DNA of 64,000 nucleotides from Utricularia gibba (Eukaryota > Plantae > Magnoliophyta). The notes beneath the pieces were generated by a model. It saw only the letters and a program-made list of their open reading frames with translations, was not told the origin of the DNA and did no database searches. Both the position numbers and the translations under genes were made by a program. The stretch is from the NCBI GenBank assembly GCA_002189035.1, contig CM007991.1:3348001-3412000 (forward strand). The letters are read 5' to 3'. This document shows, in pieces, positions 37,301-48,108 of the stretch (positions are counted from its first letter, which is position 1; each line of letters begins with the position of its first letter).

Positions 37301-38903
37301 TTGATCTTAAACACCCGTTACACCATAAAGAAAAGAAACTACCAAATTTAAGCCATTTTATAATCCTACAAACAGAAACCAAGATTTCACATTTTTACAA
37401 AGCAGAAAAAAGATTACTTATTACTTGAAACGTGGACGAGGAAAGTGTCTATTTTGAAAACACTTGTACACGAAGTGTCTGGTTAATAATAAAAAGTTCG
37501 CGGGTTAAACTGGAAAAGCAGGCAGGGTGAAGAGTTAGGCAGGATAAACCTAACTGCTGGTCACCTGAAATATAGACAGTACAGTGACTGGGTCTGTCGC
37601 TGATATGAGAGCACCAAACATCAGGCACTCCACAAACGGTAATCGATAAATTAGAAATGCTGCTCCAGCTAGATACCTGCATTAAGAACAAGTAATGATG
37701 TGTGCGCCCCTCAATAAGACGCTACAGCACATTCATCAATCATGAGAACAGCGAGATGATGCTCACACCAAAATGCCTGTGACGACAGACGCGACAAACG
37801 TGCCGAAGATTGCAAATGTTACAATGGCCCCAAAATTGGAAAAGAACGGCTTCTGAAAAATCAAATAAGAAAGAAAGAACTGTATTGGTATTCGTTCAGT
37901 GGTAATCATGTTTGATTTCAACATCTCAAAGCAGCTGCTTGGACATGATATAGTTGACACGAGTGTGCGCTCCCTCAACTTTCACACTCTAACTTCTATC
38001 TCATTTTTCAATATAGCTAGCCTCCTCCACAATCACCATTCACTCAGGGCAGCAGAGGATATTCATGGAAACAGTTTGGGATAATCGAAGAAAATGAGAT
38101 ATTGCAGATAACCTAGCAGATGACAGAAGCTTAAACAAGTGAACAACAATTCCCTACAATGACACTCGTTACTTCACATGCAACGGACATTGACGGATAG
38201 GCATAGAAAATGATGGGGATGATACGAATAAGAAATGCACAGAAGAGAGTCCAGAAATGTGTGCTTACAGGTTGCAGACTGAAGCCTGACTGAGTGGAAA
38301 CAACCAAAGAGTTAAGGAAACATTTCTCATTCTATAAGCATTATAAACGCATAACAATCTATCAAAAAAATGCCCTCGAAACAAGGATATAATATAATTG
38401 GGGGTAGCAGAAACAACAAAAAAAACTCCTCGTGGAAGTTGAACCATGCCCTGCCAAACATAGACACCATCGTCACACTAAAAACATAACCGTATACGAA
38501 ACAACTGAAAAAGAATATAGAACTGATAGATCAAAACCTAATGCTAGTTTCTGTTTTAGAAACATTAGCCAGAGTACCCACAACCAAACCTGCATGAAGG
38601 GATCACTCCATTAGACTACAGTGGCATGGCATGCAAACTCGCAAAGAAAAAAAAAAGAACCAGATACACAAAACGAAAATCAGAAAACAATAACTGGAAA
38701 AAAAAGTCAAACGAGAAATTACCGATCAAGAGTGAAGCGCTGGCTTCAGGAAGATAATAGAAGCGGTGACGGCGAAGTACATGTCCTAAAACAAACGACA
38801 AAACAAGCATCATAATCTGAAGAAGAATACCGACGCCAGCGGCCTGTTGGTCTTTCGCGGGGCTCCCCTTAGAAATGGCAGGAGACATCTGCGGCTTTTC
38901 CAT
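34395..38903 (-). CDS. NHX6: Endosomal Na+(K+)/H+ antiporter, NHX5/NHX6 class, many small exons
   Basis: [51 protein letters not shown]|[78 protein letters not shown]. Stop TAA at 34397-34395. NHX5 versus NHX6 cannot be resolved by eye. Confidence 0.88.
35753..35854 (-). other. U12-type GT-AG intron in NHX
   Basis: Donor GTATCCTTA, branch TTCCTTAAC, acceptor TAG. Flanking exons GFIFFSI | LFIGIA are in frame. Confidence 0.85.
36515..36614 (-). other. U12-type AT-AC intron in NHX
   Basis: Donor ATATCCTTT, branch GCCTTAAC, acceptor GAAC. Exons [10 protein letters not shown] | [10 protein letters not shown]. Confidence 0.9.
38294..38390 (-). other. U12-type AT-AC intron in NHX
   Basis: Donor ATATCCTTG, branch TTCCTTAAC, acceptor CCAC. 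Exons FLLPPIIF | QSGFSLQP. Confidence 0.9.
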
Positions 38904-39447
38904 GACGAATCTTTCTGATTACTCCTCCGTCAACACGACCGAGGAAGAAAATGATCAGATTTCGGACTCAAGTTTCCCGATTTCACAGTGCGACGATCTC
39001 TACGAGTAGGAGGGGGGAGTTGCGGTTTGAATCCCCTAAAACTCCCTCAAATGGAAGATTCCGACGGACGGAATTGCAATTACGGGAGGGAGATGTGGAC
39101 CAAAAAAACGTAGCATTTTTTATATTAATATTAATTTCAACATATAAAAAAAGTACGCGAACAATTTAGAGGACGCACCAGGGAAAAGGTAAACGCCGCC
39201 CCTTAATTAATCAGGACTTGGGGGCCTAACCACAGGAATTTATTAATTTAATTACGTCGTAGATACAGCTACAAAACGCCCATAAATTTCATCTTAAATC
39301 AGTTCTAAGCATCATTACGTTTAATCCTCCGACTAATGGGCATTGTCTGTGAACAAGAAAAAGAGACGACGACATGGAAGCTGGATGGTTTATTGTATTG
39401 CAAACATTCCACAAGGAGGTGGGGGGTGATGGCTTGGGATGGAAGGT

Positions 39448-39687
39448 CTAGGCGCCGGTGCCGGTGGCGCCCAGGTCGGATTTATCCTCGTCCTTTCCGG
39501 CACCGAAAACAGGGCCGCCGCCGCCGACGGGGTCTTTCACCTTCTCCTGAAGCTTCTCGACCTGAATCCCTCCCACGTCTTCCATGGAGTGAATGTCCGT
39601 GCGCGTCTTGTTCTCCCCCTGCTCCACCGACTCGTACGCCGTCGCCGTGAATGATCCCGGCGGCTCCGCTCCCTGCGCTCCTGACAT
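39448..39687 (-). CDS. SMP1: Seed maturation protein 1 / PM28-like small hydrophilic LEA-type protein, 79 aa
   Basis: Single exon MSGAQGAEPPGSFTATAYESVEQGENKTRTDIHSMEDVGGIQVEKLQEKV...GGPVFGAGKDEDKSDLGATGTGA. The name is from recalled family sequence. Confidence 0.65.
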   Translation of the reverse strand: MSGAQGAEPPGSFTATAYESVEQGENKTRTDIHSMEDVGGIQVEKLQEKVKDPVGGGGPVFGAGKDEDKSDLGATGTGA

Positions 39688-39804
39688 TGGATGCACTGCA
39701 AAACCAAGTTGAACAACGTGCTGTATGTGCCGGCAACCAGCCTGTGTCGAACTCATAGGGAGCTTGTTAATTCATCATTGGCATGGTTCTGGACGCGAGA
39801 TTGT

Positions 39805-39858
39805 GCCACGTCGCTACAACCACATCCACGTGGGAGCCTCTTTGTTGGACGCGTGTCC
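39805..39858 (-). promoter_or_regulatory. ABA-response module upstream of SMP1-like: ABRE (ACGTGGC), G-box (CCACGTGG), CE3 (ACGCGTGTCC)
   Basis: Motifs at 39805-39812, 39826-39833 and 39849-39858, about 120-170 nt upstream of the ATG. This is the canonical arrangement for LEA genes. Confidence 0.7.
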
Positions 39859-39914
39859 TATGATGAATACGGGTGGCCCAATCAGTAAAGTGGCCCGGCC
39901 CACTATCAGACTGC

Positions 39915-39922
<8 letters not shown>

Positions 39923-39957
<35 letters not shown>

Positions 39958-39958
39958 T
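39923..39958. repeat. (AT)n microsatellite
   Basis: Seen directly. Confidence 0.9.
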
Positions 39959-41046
39959 AGATTCTATTATTTGTTAAATTAAAGATATAGTCTTTTTTTT
40001 TACAAATAAAACAATTTCAATAGAATTAAAATAATTTTAAATACAAAATAAATAAAAAAATATGAACAATAATTTTGGCATAAAATATAGCCAAAATTTG
40101 ATTTCACAAGATAACAATAGTTAGATATTTTCTAAAGAATTGAACAAATATTAATTTATTGGATTGCAATTTGATTTATACAATTTGTTATCAATCGAAC
40201 AAAATGAATTCAAGATTGAAATTTTAAAATATTATTCAATTTAAGGAGAAAATACATAAATTAAAATCATACCATAAAAGAATCAAATTTTTAAATTAAT
40301 TTATATTCAATTTAGAACTTTTAAATAAATAATTATATATTCAATATACACAGTACTAAAAAGAAAAGCTCGCTATTTTTCTAACGAGAATCTCTTTAGC
40401 CGTCATCGCTTGACCACACTTTTTCCCAAGCCACGTGTTCTGGGCCAGTGAATATTTACACAATTCCATTCCATGCATAATAATAATAATATCTCAAAAA
40501 AACAACTAATAATTTAGGACCATTTTCCAGTAGGGCTTATCTCATTTCATTTTTATTATATTAAAATAAAAGTTATTCTTATTAAATAATCAATTTATTA
40601 CACATGTATCACAAAATTTGGTCGAATTTCTGAATAACATTAATAAACTCTATTTTTATTATAAATTAATTGAATATTTATACTTATTATTTATGAAAAT
40701 ATGATTGCTATTATTTAATTTGATTTCAAATCTTATTTTATTCACCATCAATCAAGATTCAGATCTTCTTTTTTTTGTTTCAGTTAATGTATTTTAGAAA
40801 AAACGAAGAAAACTTGTAAATTCATTAATTCTTTTATTTATAATTCGTCTTTTTATTTATTTATTTTTCAAATTCACTTTGTTTTGATTGGATAATATGT
40901 GGTCATATACGATATTTTTAATTTAAAAAATAATTTTGAATAATACTTTAATAATAATAATAACAAAATTATTGTAATTCTTTGCACTGAGACGTATTTC
41001 CAGAGTGTGGACATATTCATTGCCGGTTGGATTCTTGTCATCAGCA

Positions 41047-41064
41047 CGATGCATGCATGCATCG
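41047..41064. promoter_or_regulatory. Perfect 18-bp palindrome of RY repeats (CGATGCATGCATGCATCG)
   Basis: Seen directly. CATGCA is the B3 (ABI3/FUS3/LEC2/VAL) core. It lies between the divergent SMP1-like and NAC genes. Confidence 0.5.
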
Positions 41065-41379
41065 AGATCATTCATGGCTGCCTGTCACTGGCTAATGTGA
41101 ATTAATTAATTAATTAAATTAATGTAGAGCATATGAATGATTACAACATAGAGGCTTCAGGACTAATATGAGTGAATTAGACAAGAAACACACGTGATTA
41201 TCGCTGTAATTAGATTTGGTGAAGGGAAAGTGGCGTGGGGGGCCAAGCTACTTTAATGGCGGTTAACGCTCCTAACACATGAGCTATAAAACGTAGCAGA
41301 ACTCCATACTCGTTTATCATCAGCAATTCCTTTCCTCTGTTTTGTTTTTCTTTTATCTTGCGTTTCTCTTCTCCGCGGA

Positions 41380-42572
41380 ATGGGACAGATGACGCTGCCG
41401 CCGGGGTTCCGGTTCCATCCGACTGACGAGGAGCTTGTTGCGTACTACCTCTACCGTAAAGTCACTGGCCGGAAAATTGAAATTGACGTGATCCCGGAGG
41501 TTGATCTCTACAAATGCGAACCCTGGGACTTGCCAGGTACGTGAAGACTGGTTGTTGATCCCAGTTCACGGGTTTCAAGGAGTTTGTCAATTCTGGTTTT
41601 ACGTTTTCCGGTAGATAAATCTTTCTTGCCGAGCAAGGATTTGGAATGGTACTTTTACAGTCCCCGAGATCGGAAGTACCCGAACGGCTCGCGAACAAAT
41701 CGGGCGACGAGGTCTGGTTATTGGAAAGCCACCGGAAAAGATCGGGCCGTTGAGTCGGGGAAACGGACAGTGGGGATGAAGAAAACTCTGGTTTACTATC
41801 GCGGGAGAGCACCCAACGGAATCCGTACAGATTGGGTTATGCACGAGTACCGCCTCGCCGCCGATTCTCCTTCCGTCCGTTTCCTCTTTTTTTCCTCCCC
41901 GAATTTTATCATCTGCTCGATTTCAATACTCTGACTTCCGATTTCGATTCAGGATTCGTACGCTCTGTGCCGCGTTTTTAAGAAAAACATAGCGATGACC
42001 AATGACGTAGAAGCCAGCGCCGCCGCAGTAAAAATCACCGAAACTACACCCACCACCACGCCGGAGATGAGTGCCAGTAACTTCTCCCTGGAATCGCCTT
42101 TCACCCAGGTGAAAATCTACCTAAATTTCACCATCCCGGTCCCAGGAATGATCCCGGTTTGGATTTTCTCCCTTCCACAACATGATTCTCGTTTCATCTT
42201 TCCGTAAAGCTTCTGGGGCCCATCCGCTTTCTCCTTCTCCTTCTCCTTCTTCTTTGCGACTCTCGATGACTTCTTTTGACTGCCTAAATTCTCGCCATTT
42301 CTCCTTCTCCTTCTCCTTCTTCTTTGCGACTCTCGATGACTTCTTTTGACTGCCTAAATTCTCTTTCCGCCATATTTCTGCAATATTTTCTTTCCCGCTT
42401 TTTTCAATAAAAGAATAAACACAAATTTAATCTTTTTTTAATTTTAAAATTCTTGCAGGATCGGTACGAGACGGTGACGACGGTGGAGGAGTTTCCACTA
42501 GTAGAGTATGAAAATATAGGGTTGGAGGAGATATTTTCCCTTCCTCCTTCCCACGAATTCTTCTTACATTGA
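41380..42572 (+). CDS. NAC transcription factor, NAC020/045/086 clade, about 228 aa
   Basis: Exons 41380-41536, 41615-41874, 41953-42108, 42459-42572. [54 protein letters not shown]. Confidence 0.85.
42231..42363. repeat. 70-bp-period direct duplication (63 bp identical) in NAC intron 3
   Basis: 42231-42293 is identical to 42301-42363. Confidence 0.95.
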
Positions 42573-43269
42573 GATATTTATTGATATTTCTATCCTAACG
42601 AATTCAAAGGTAATTAATTAGAGATGATTGTTGCTGTAAAGAGAATTAAGGAGTGTTTTCCAAGGGAATTAGTGTTTGTAATGATGGTTTTTATAATATG
42701 ATTGAGATTAACCCTTTTTTTTCCTCTACCAAGAAAATAAAATAAATAAGAAATTGGAAGTAAAAATGTGAAGTGACAAAAGGAGGGAATAAAGGGGGAG
42801 CGGGTAGGGACCACACAACTCCAATCCCGATACCCGCGCATTATACGTGTACCTGACGTCATATCCGAGTGTGAAATTTGTTATTTTTTGAAAATTCATA
42901 TTCATCTTAAAAATCAAGATTAAAAGAGTATAATATTAATAAATATTCTTAAAAATTCATATTAAAATTGAAAATATTAATTTTTGGTAAATTGAGGAAT
43001 GAAATAAATGAATGATTGGTTGGAGAACATCCACATCAGTCAGTTATAAGGGGGCGGGGGAGGGGGTGAGGGAGTTAAATGCAAATAAAGGGAAGCTTGG
43101 GGAGCTAATTTGAAATATCTGCTGAAATGTAAACGCTGTTGAAGTTGAGGGAAGATGGGCTGTCCCTTTTGTCTCTTGCTCCCACAGGGTTCGATCTTCC
43201 GATCTCGTGCCCTGTAAATCTCGCAGCTCACGCCAGCATTAGTTCGGTTCACAATACAGATTTTCAGTT

Positions 43270-44842
43270 ATGTCATCGGCTAGTTTTAGGAGGAAGCAGC
43301 GGTGGTCGCCGCAGCCGTTGACGCCGTTGATGGAGGGTCCCGATTTGGGAATGGAGGAGTCCGAGGGAGTAAGAAGGAGAGTTCATGGGATTTGATTAGG
43401 GATTGGTTTAAAATGCAGAGGATTGTTCCGGGAGGTGGAGGAAGCAATTCTTCCTCCCCGATGTCGTCGATGATGGCTAATGCTAAAACTCAAGATTTGA
43501 GGCTTTTACTCGGTGTTCTTGGGTGCCCACTTGCTCCAGTTCCGATTCCGAAGAAACCTGTTTCCCCGATTCACATTAAAGATATCCCAATTGTGAGTAA
43601 GTTCATGCCGATTGCGGGCTGATGTGCGTTTATCACGATTCCCCCTGCTTGGGTTTCTTGAATCTCTTTCTCGTTGGGATTTTTACAGGAAGCTTCCACT
43701 GCCTACTACATCATTCAGCAGTACTTAGCGGCGACAGGGTGCTCGAAGCACGGAGGCGGCGCCAAGAGTATGTACTCTACAGGGACAGTGAAGCTGATCC
43801 GGTGCGAGACGGAGATCTCCACCGGTAAGAATGTACGGACATTGGGATCCAGAAGCAGTGAGAATGGGTGTTTCGTTCTTTGGCAGATGTCTCCCGGAAT
43901 GTGGTCCCTGGAACTCGCAGTCGCCGGTCACAAAGTAGTCGCCGGAAGCGATGGCAAGATCGTGTGGCGGCACACCCCATGGCTCGGTGCTCACGCCGCC
44001 AAAGGTCCTCAGCGCCCCCTCCGCCGCATTATCCAGGTAGCCCCCGTAGGAAGTAACCAACTGTTCAGTTCCATGAAAAAAGATTAAGCCTCCGATAATA
44101 TGGTGATTATATAATTAATTAAGTAGTTAATGCATTAGAAGATCTCCACCGTCCAGTGATCTCAGATCCGGACGGTCGAGATTGGCCGCTTTTCCTAGTC
44201 TTCTTGGGATTGTCGAGAAACGGACGCTTTAAAGCGCAGGAAGCATACAGGAGGAGGCTGTGTTTCAAAACCTGCTTTTGCTTTTTTTTTTTTAAATGAT
44301 GAATTGAATGAAGCAATCTGCGCCGTTGGATGCAAAAATAGGGGCTAGATCCACGGAGCACGGCGAGCCTGTTCGCGAAAGCGCAATGCCTAGGTGAGAA
44401 GCGGATCGGAGACGACGACTGCTTCGTGCTGAAAGTCACGGCGGATCGTGCGGCGGTAATGGAGCGAAACGAAGGTCCGGCGGAGGTGATACGCCACGTG
44501 CTCTACGGATACTTTAGCCAGAAAAGTGGCCTACTGATCTACATGGAGGATTCGCATCTCACCAGAGTTCATTCCGGGGAGAACGACGCAGTTTACTGGG
44601 AGACGACGATCGGGAGTAGCATCGGAGAGTACCGCGACGTCGACGGAGTCATGATCGGACACCAGGGGAGGACGGTGGCGACGGTGTTCCGATTCGGCGA
44701 GACGTCGATGAACCACAGCAGGACGAGAATGGAGGAGATCTGGACTATAAACGACATCGTTTTTAATGTTCCGGGGCTTTCGTCGGATTCCTTTATACCG
44801 CCGGCGGCGATCCTGGACGCGACGTCGGCATCCCCTGAATAA
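43270..44842 (+). CDS. DUF620 family protein
   Basis: ATG 43270 MSSASFRRKQRWSPQPLTPLMEGPD, then (after an apparent G-run frameshift at 43365-67) KKESSWDLIRDWF, DLRLLLGVLGCPLAP, YIIQQYLAATG, WRHTPWLGAHAAKGPQRPLRR, YWETTIGS, FNVPGLSSDSFIPP. Confidence 0.85.
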
Positions 44843-45114
44843 ATCTCTCAATATATATATGTGTAAGCTGTATATTTCTTCCTATTTCTGATAAATGGCC
44901 CGGCCCATTTATTTATACCCATGCCCAAATGTTTATTGGGCCAATAGCCTGAGGCACTTAGAGCTCCAGGCCCATTGGATCAGAAATTGATGATCTTTTT
45001 TATTTGTATTTCCTGGTGCAATTTTTTTTTTGTAATTCCCAATAAAAAAAGGCAAATTATTTCATAAATCCAACGACATGCACAACTGTACATGAATCAA
45101 AACTATAGCGACAA

Positions 45115-46463
45115 TCAGATATCATGCATATGGTGCATTCTTGCTTCACCCCGGCCCAGAGGCATACTGCCGGCGGTGGTGGCGGCAGGCCGATTTATCT
45201 TACCGGAACCACCAAACTTCTTCTGATCTCCGGTGAGTAATGACTTTGAATCATACATGTTGGAAACGGAATCCCCCTCTTCACAGGTAACTGGGCACAT
45301 TTTAATCCGGTGATGATCCTGCATCGAAGCTGTGGCTCCTCCAAGCTCTTGAAGCCGTAAATCATCGGTCCATATGAACGGACTTTTGCCAGCCGAATCG
45401 GCGGGATTGAAATACAGACACGGCTGCTTTTTGCCGGAGAAAGGGCCCTGGTGGTGGTGTAGTTGATCCGGAGAAGCATAGACATTGAGATCTTGCAGAG
45501 GTGGATGATGGCTCATCGGGATTTCAACTCCACTTGCCGCATCATTGTACCCTCTTGAAACCGCCGCCGCTGCCATGTCTTCTCCGGCGAGGCTCTGACA
45601 TGCTTTTTGCAAAATGCCTTGCATGTATTTCGCTTGGGCTTCAATCCTTAGCTGGAGATGCCTTTGCACCTTTCCACTCAAAATTAGTTAATACAACTAA
45701 ATACATTCTCCCATTCATATGAAAAATGATGCATACCTCGAGCTGTTCATGGAGTCTTCTGTTGACTTCCATCTGCATCCTGAGAGCATCATTTGATGTC
45801 AGAGTTTGTGCACGTAAAATTACATACGAGGTGAAAGAGGATGATCTCACTCGTTCATATCGCGTCCAAGCATTCGCGACGAGCTCGTGTTGCTCCGGTG
45901 GAGTTCCAGCGATGAACCTGCGCAATTAGAAGCAAAGCGATAACCCCAGAAACGAACACAATCTACAAAAGGAACGACGCCCAGTTCTTTCTGGGCTACT
46001 CCAGCACCGTTCATATGAGGTAACGCGGCTCACCATCTTTTAGGGAGGGATCGGAGAAGTCCTTGTGAGGCTGCTTTCCAAGCCTGAATTTCTGGAAAGA
46101 AAGTAGCAAGATTTAGCAAGATGGGAGCAGAGTCAAGCCAAGCGAGGGTTATCTAATTCTTCTGCTTCACCTGGAGATGGCTCTTGAGATGATACAGAGT
46201 CAAGCCCTTCACTCCCATAACCCTCATGATCGTCTTCGGCGTCGCCTCTGTAGAGTTTGACAGTGTGATTAAAACTGCGCGTAGAAGATCAGGATGCGAT
46301 CAATGCATATCATGTACATACTGTCGGGGCCGCCCAGCTGAGTCACCGCTTCCACGAAGCGCTCATGGAGCTCAACGGTCCACCGGAGGCGCGGCTTGGG
46401 ATCGGTGGTGAGCACGAGGCCGGAGTCACACATCGAGCTCTTCTTCTGTCCGCCGGGGAACAT
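45115..46463 (-). CDS. APL: MYB-CC transcription factor ALTERED PHLOEM DEVELOPMENT-like
   Basis: DSGLVLTTDPKPRLRWTVELHERFVEAVTQLGGPD|KATPKTIMRVMGVKGLTLYHLKSHLQ|KFRLGKQPHK, MQMEVNRRLHEQLE|VQRHLQLRIEAQ. Exons join in frame. Confidence 0.85.
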
Positions 46464-48108
46464 GGCGGAGGAGACACAGAGATGCCGTGTGCAGTGCTAA
46501 AAAGGGGAGCTCTCCTTCTCCGATTCGTGAGAATGGGGAGGAGCTTTGCATCCGCCTCAAGCTAACTCCCACAAGCCTATAAAAGAATAAAGAGGAGATC
46601 AACTTTTTGGGTCGTTATTTCATGTTGGTTTTCCGAAATTGCGCATAGAATAGTGTCAGATAAATGGCCCCAAAGCACACCACACCATACACTTGGATTG
46701 CTCTTATGCGAAGCAACAGGGATTAAGCATTCAAAACCAAAGGGGAAAGTGCACTAACCCACCCTTTTCCATCAGATTACACTTCACGTCATCAAATTAG
46801 GGTCTTGGTCCGGATTGAAGGAAGCTTCGAGAGCATTCGAGTTGTTTCTAATTTTGAGTCCTGGTATACTATGCATGCAGACAACAATAGGGATGATTTT
46901 GGTGGAGGCGACAAGGTGTGGAGGGGCTGAAGCTACCTCCACATCTTTTTCTTGGAGCGGAATAAGTTCTTCCTTCTTTTGCCGACTAAAGCACACGATT
47001 CCCTCTCCCCTTCTCTCTCTCTAGACCCTCATCTTAAAGGCTAAGTGGGGATGGGGATCGTGTTAAGTTTGATATATTGATTTTTTTAAAAAATGATATT
47101 ATGCATTGATTATTATATTTAATAAATGAGAAAAAAATTTAATTAAAAACAAAACTTGTAGAAAGAATCAAGTGTGCTACAAATATATTTATTATCCAAA
47201 TATTGAAACACACACATTTCTTAAATGTATATAGTCATCATACTAAATTACAAATTTGATCATGTATCACATATTGTGTGAAAAAAATGATCACGTATGC
47301 GTTTCTTTTTTTTTATTCAAGTGTTTGAGAGATAATGTGACAATAGATACTTTTCTAAATGAGTCTTAGTTACCAACACATTTACTTTTAAAAATATAAA
47401 TAAAACTGTTCAATCTATTATAAAAAAATAAAATATTTTTTAGATTTAATATTTCTAAATATTAAATTTGTTACAAAAATTATTGAACTGAAACTAAAAA
47501 ACTATAGGTTTGGATTAAATCAAATCTAAACTCACATTCAACCCCGGATTTTAAAATATATCAAATACAAAATTTCTCTTGATTATAAATTCGGGTGGAA
47601 AGTCATATAACCTCTGGATTATTCGATTTTTTATTGTGGGTCCACCAAAAAACGGGGTATGTGTTTGGATCCAGGTCTAGGAGTCAAAAAATGGAAAGTA
47701 GTTTGTAACCATCTCCATGTCGTGTCCAAAGAAAATGTCCTGTTCCCTAGGGGTGAACTGGGGGCCCTTATTTGGGCATGCTTTCCTGTTCCATCTTGTT
47801 GCCTTTCCATTCAAAACCACAGTTCAGATAAATAAAGAAAGATGTTTTGGAACTCAAACCACACAGCAAAAGGAGCAAAAAGCATTTGTCATGGTGGCAC
47901 AATGACAAGCCGGCGCTTATTTAGATACCAAGGGTGAGTGGACTCATCTGATCCTTTGGAAACAACGTCTCCATCCCGGACGAGGATGGCGCAGAACACG
48001 AGGGGAGGATGCTGAGCAGTCACCATCTACCAGATGGGGGTGCTTTGACGATCTGTGTGTGCCTCGTCCATCTTCGGGCTACGTTATGTCCGGATTGGCG
48101 GTTGGAGT

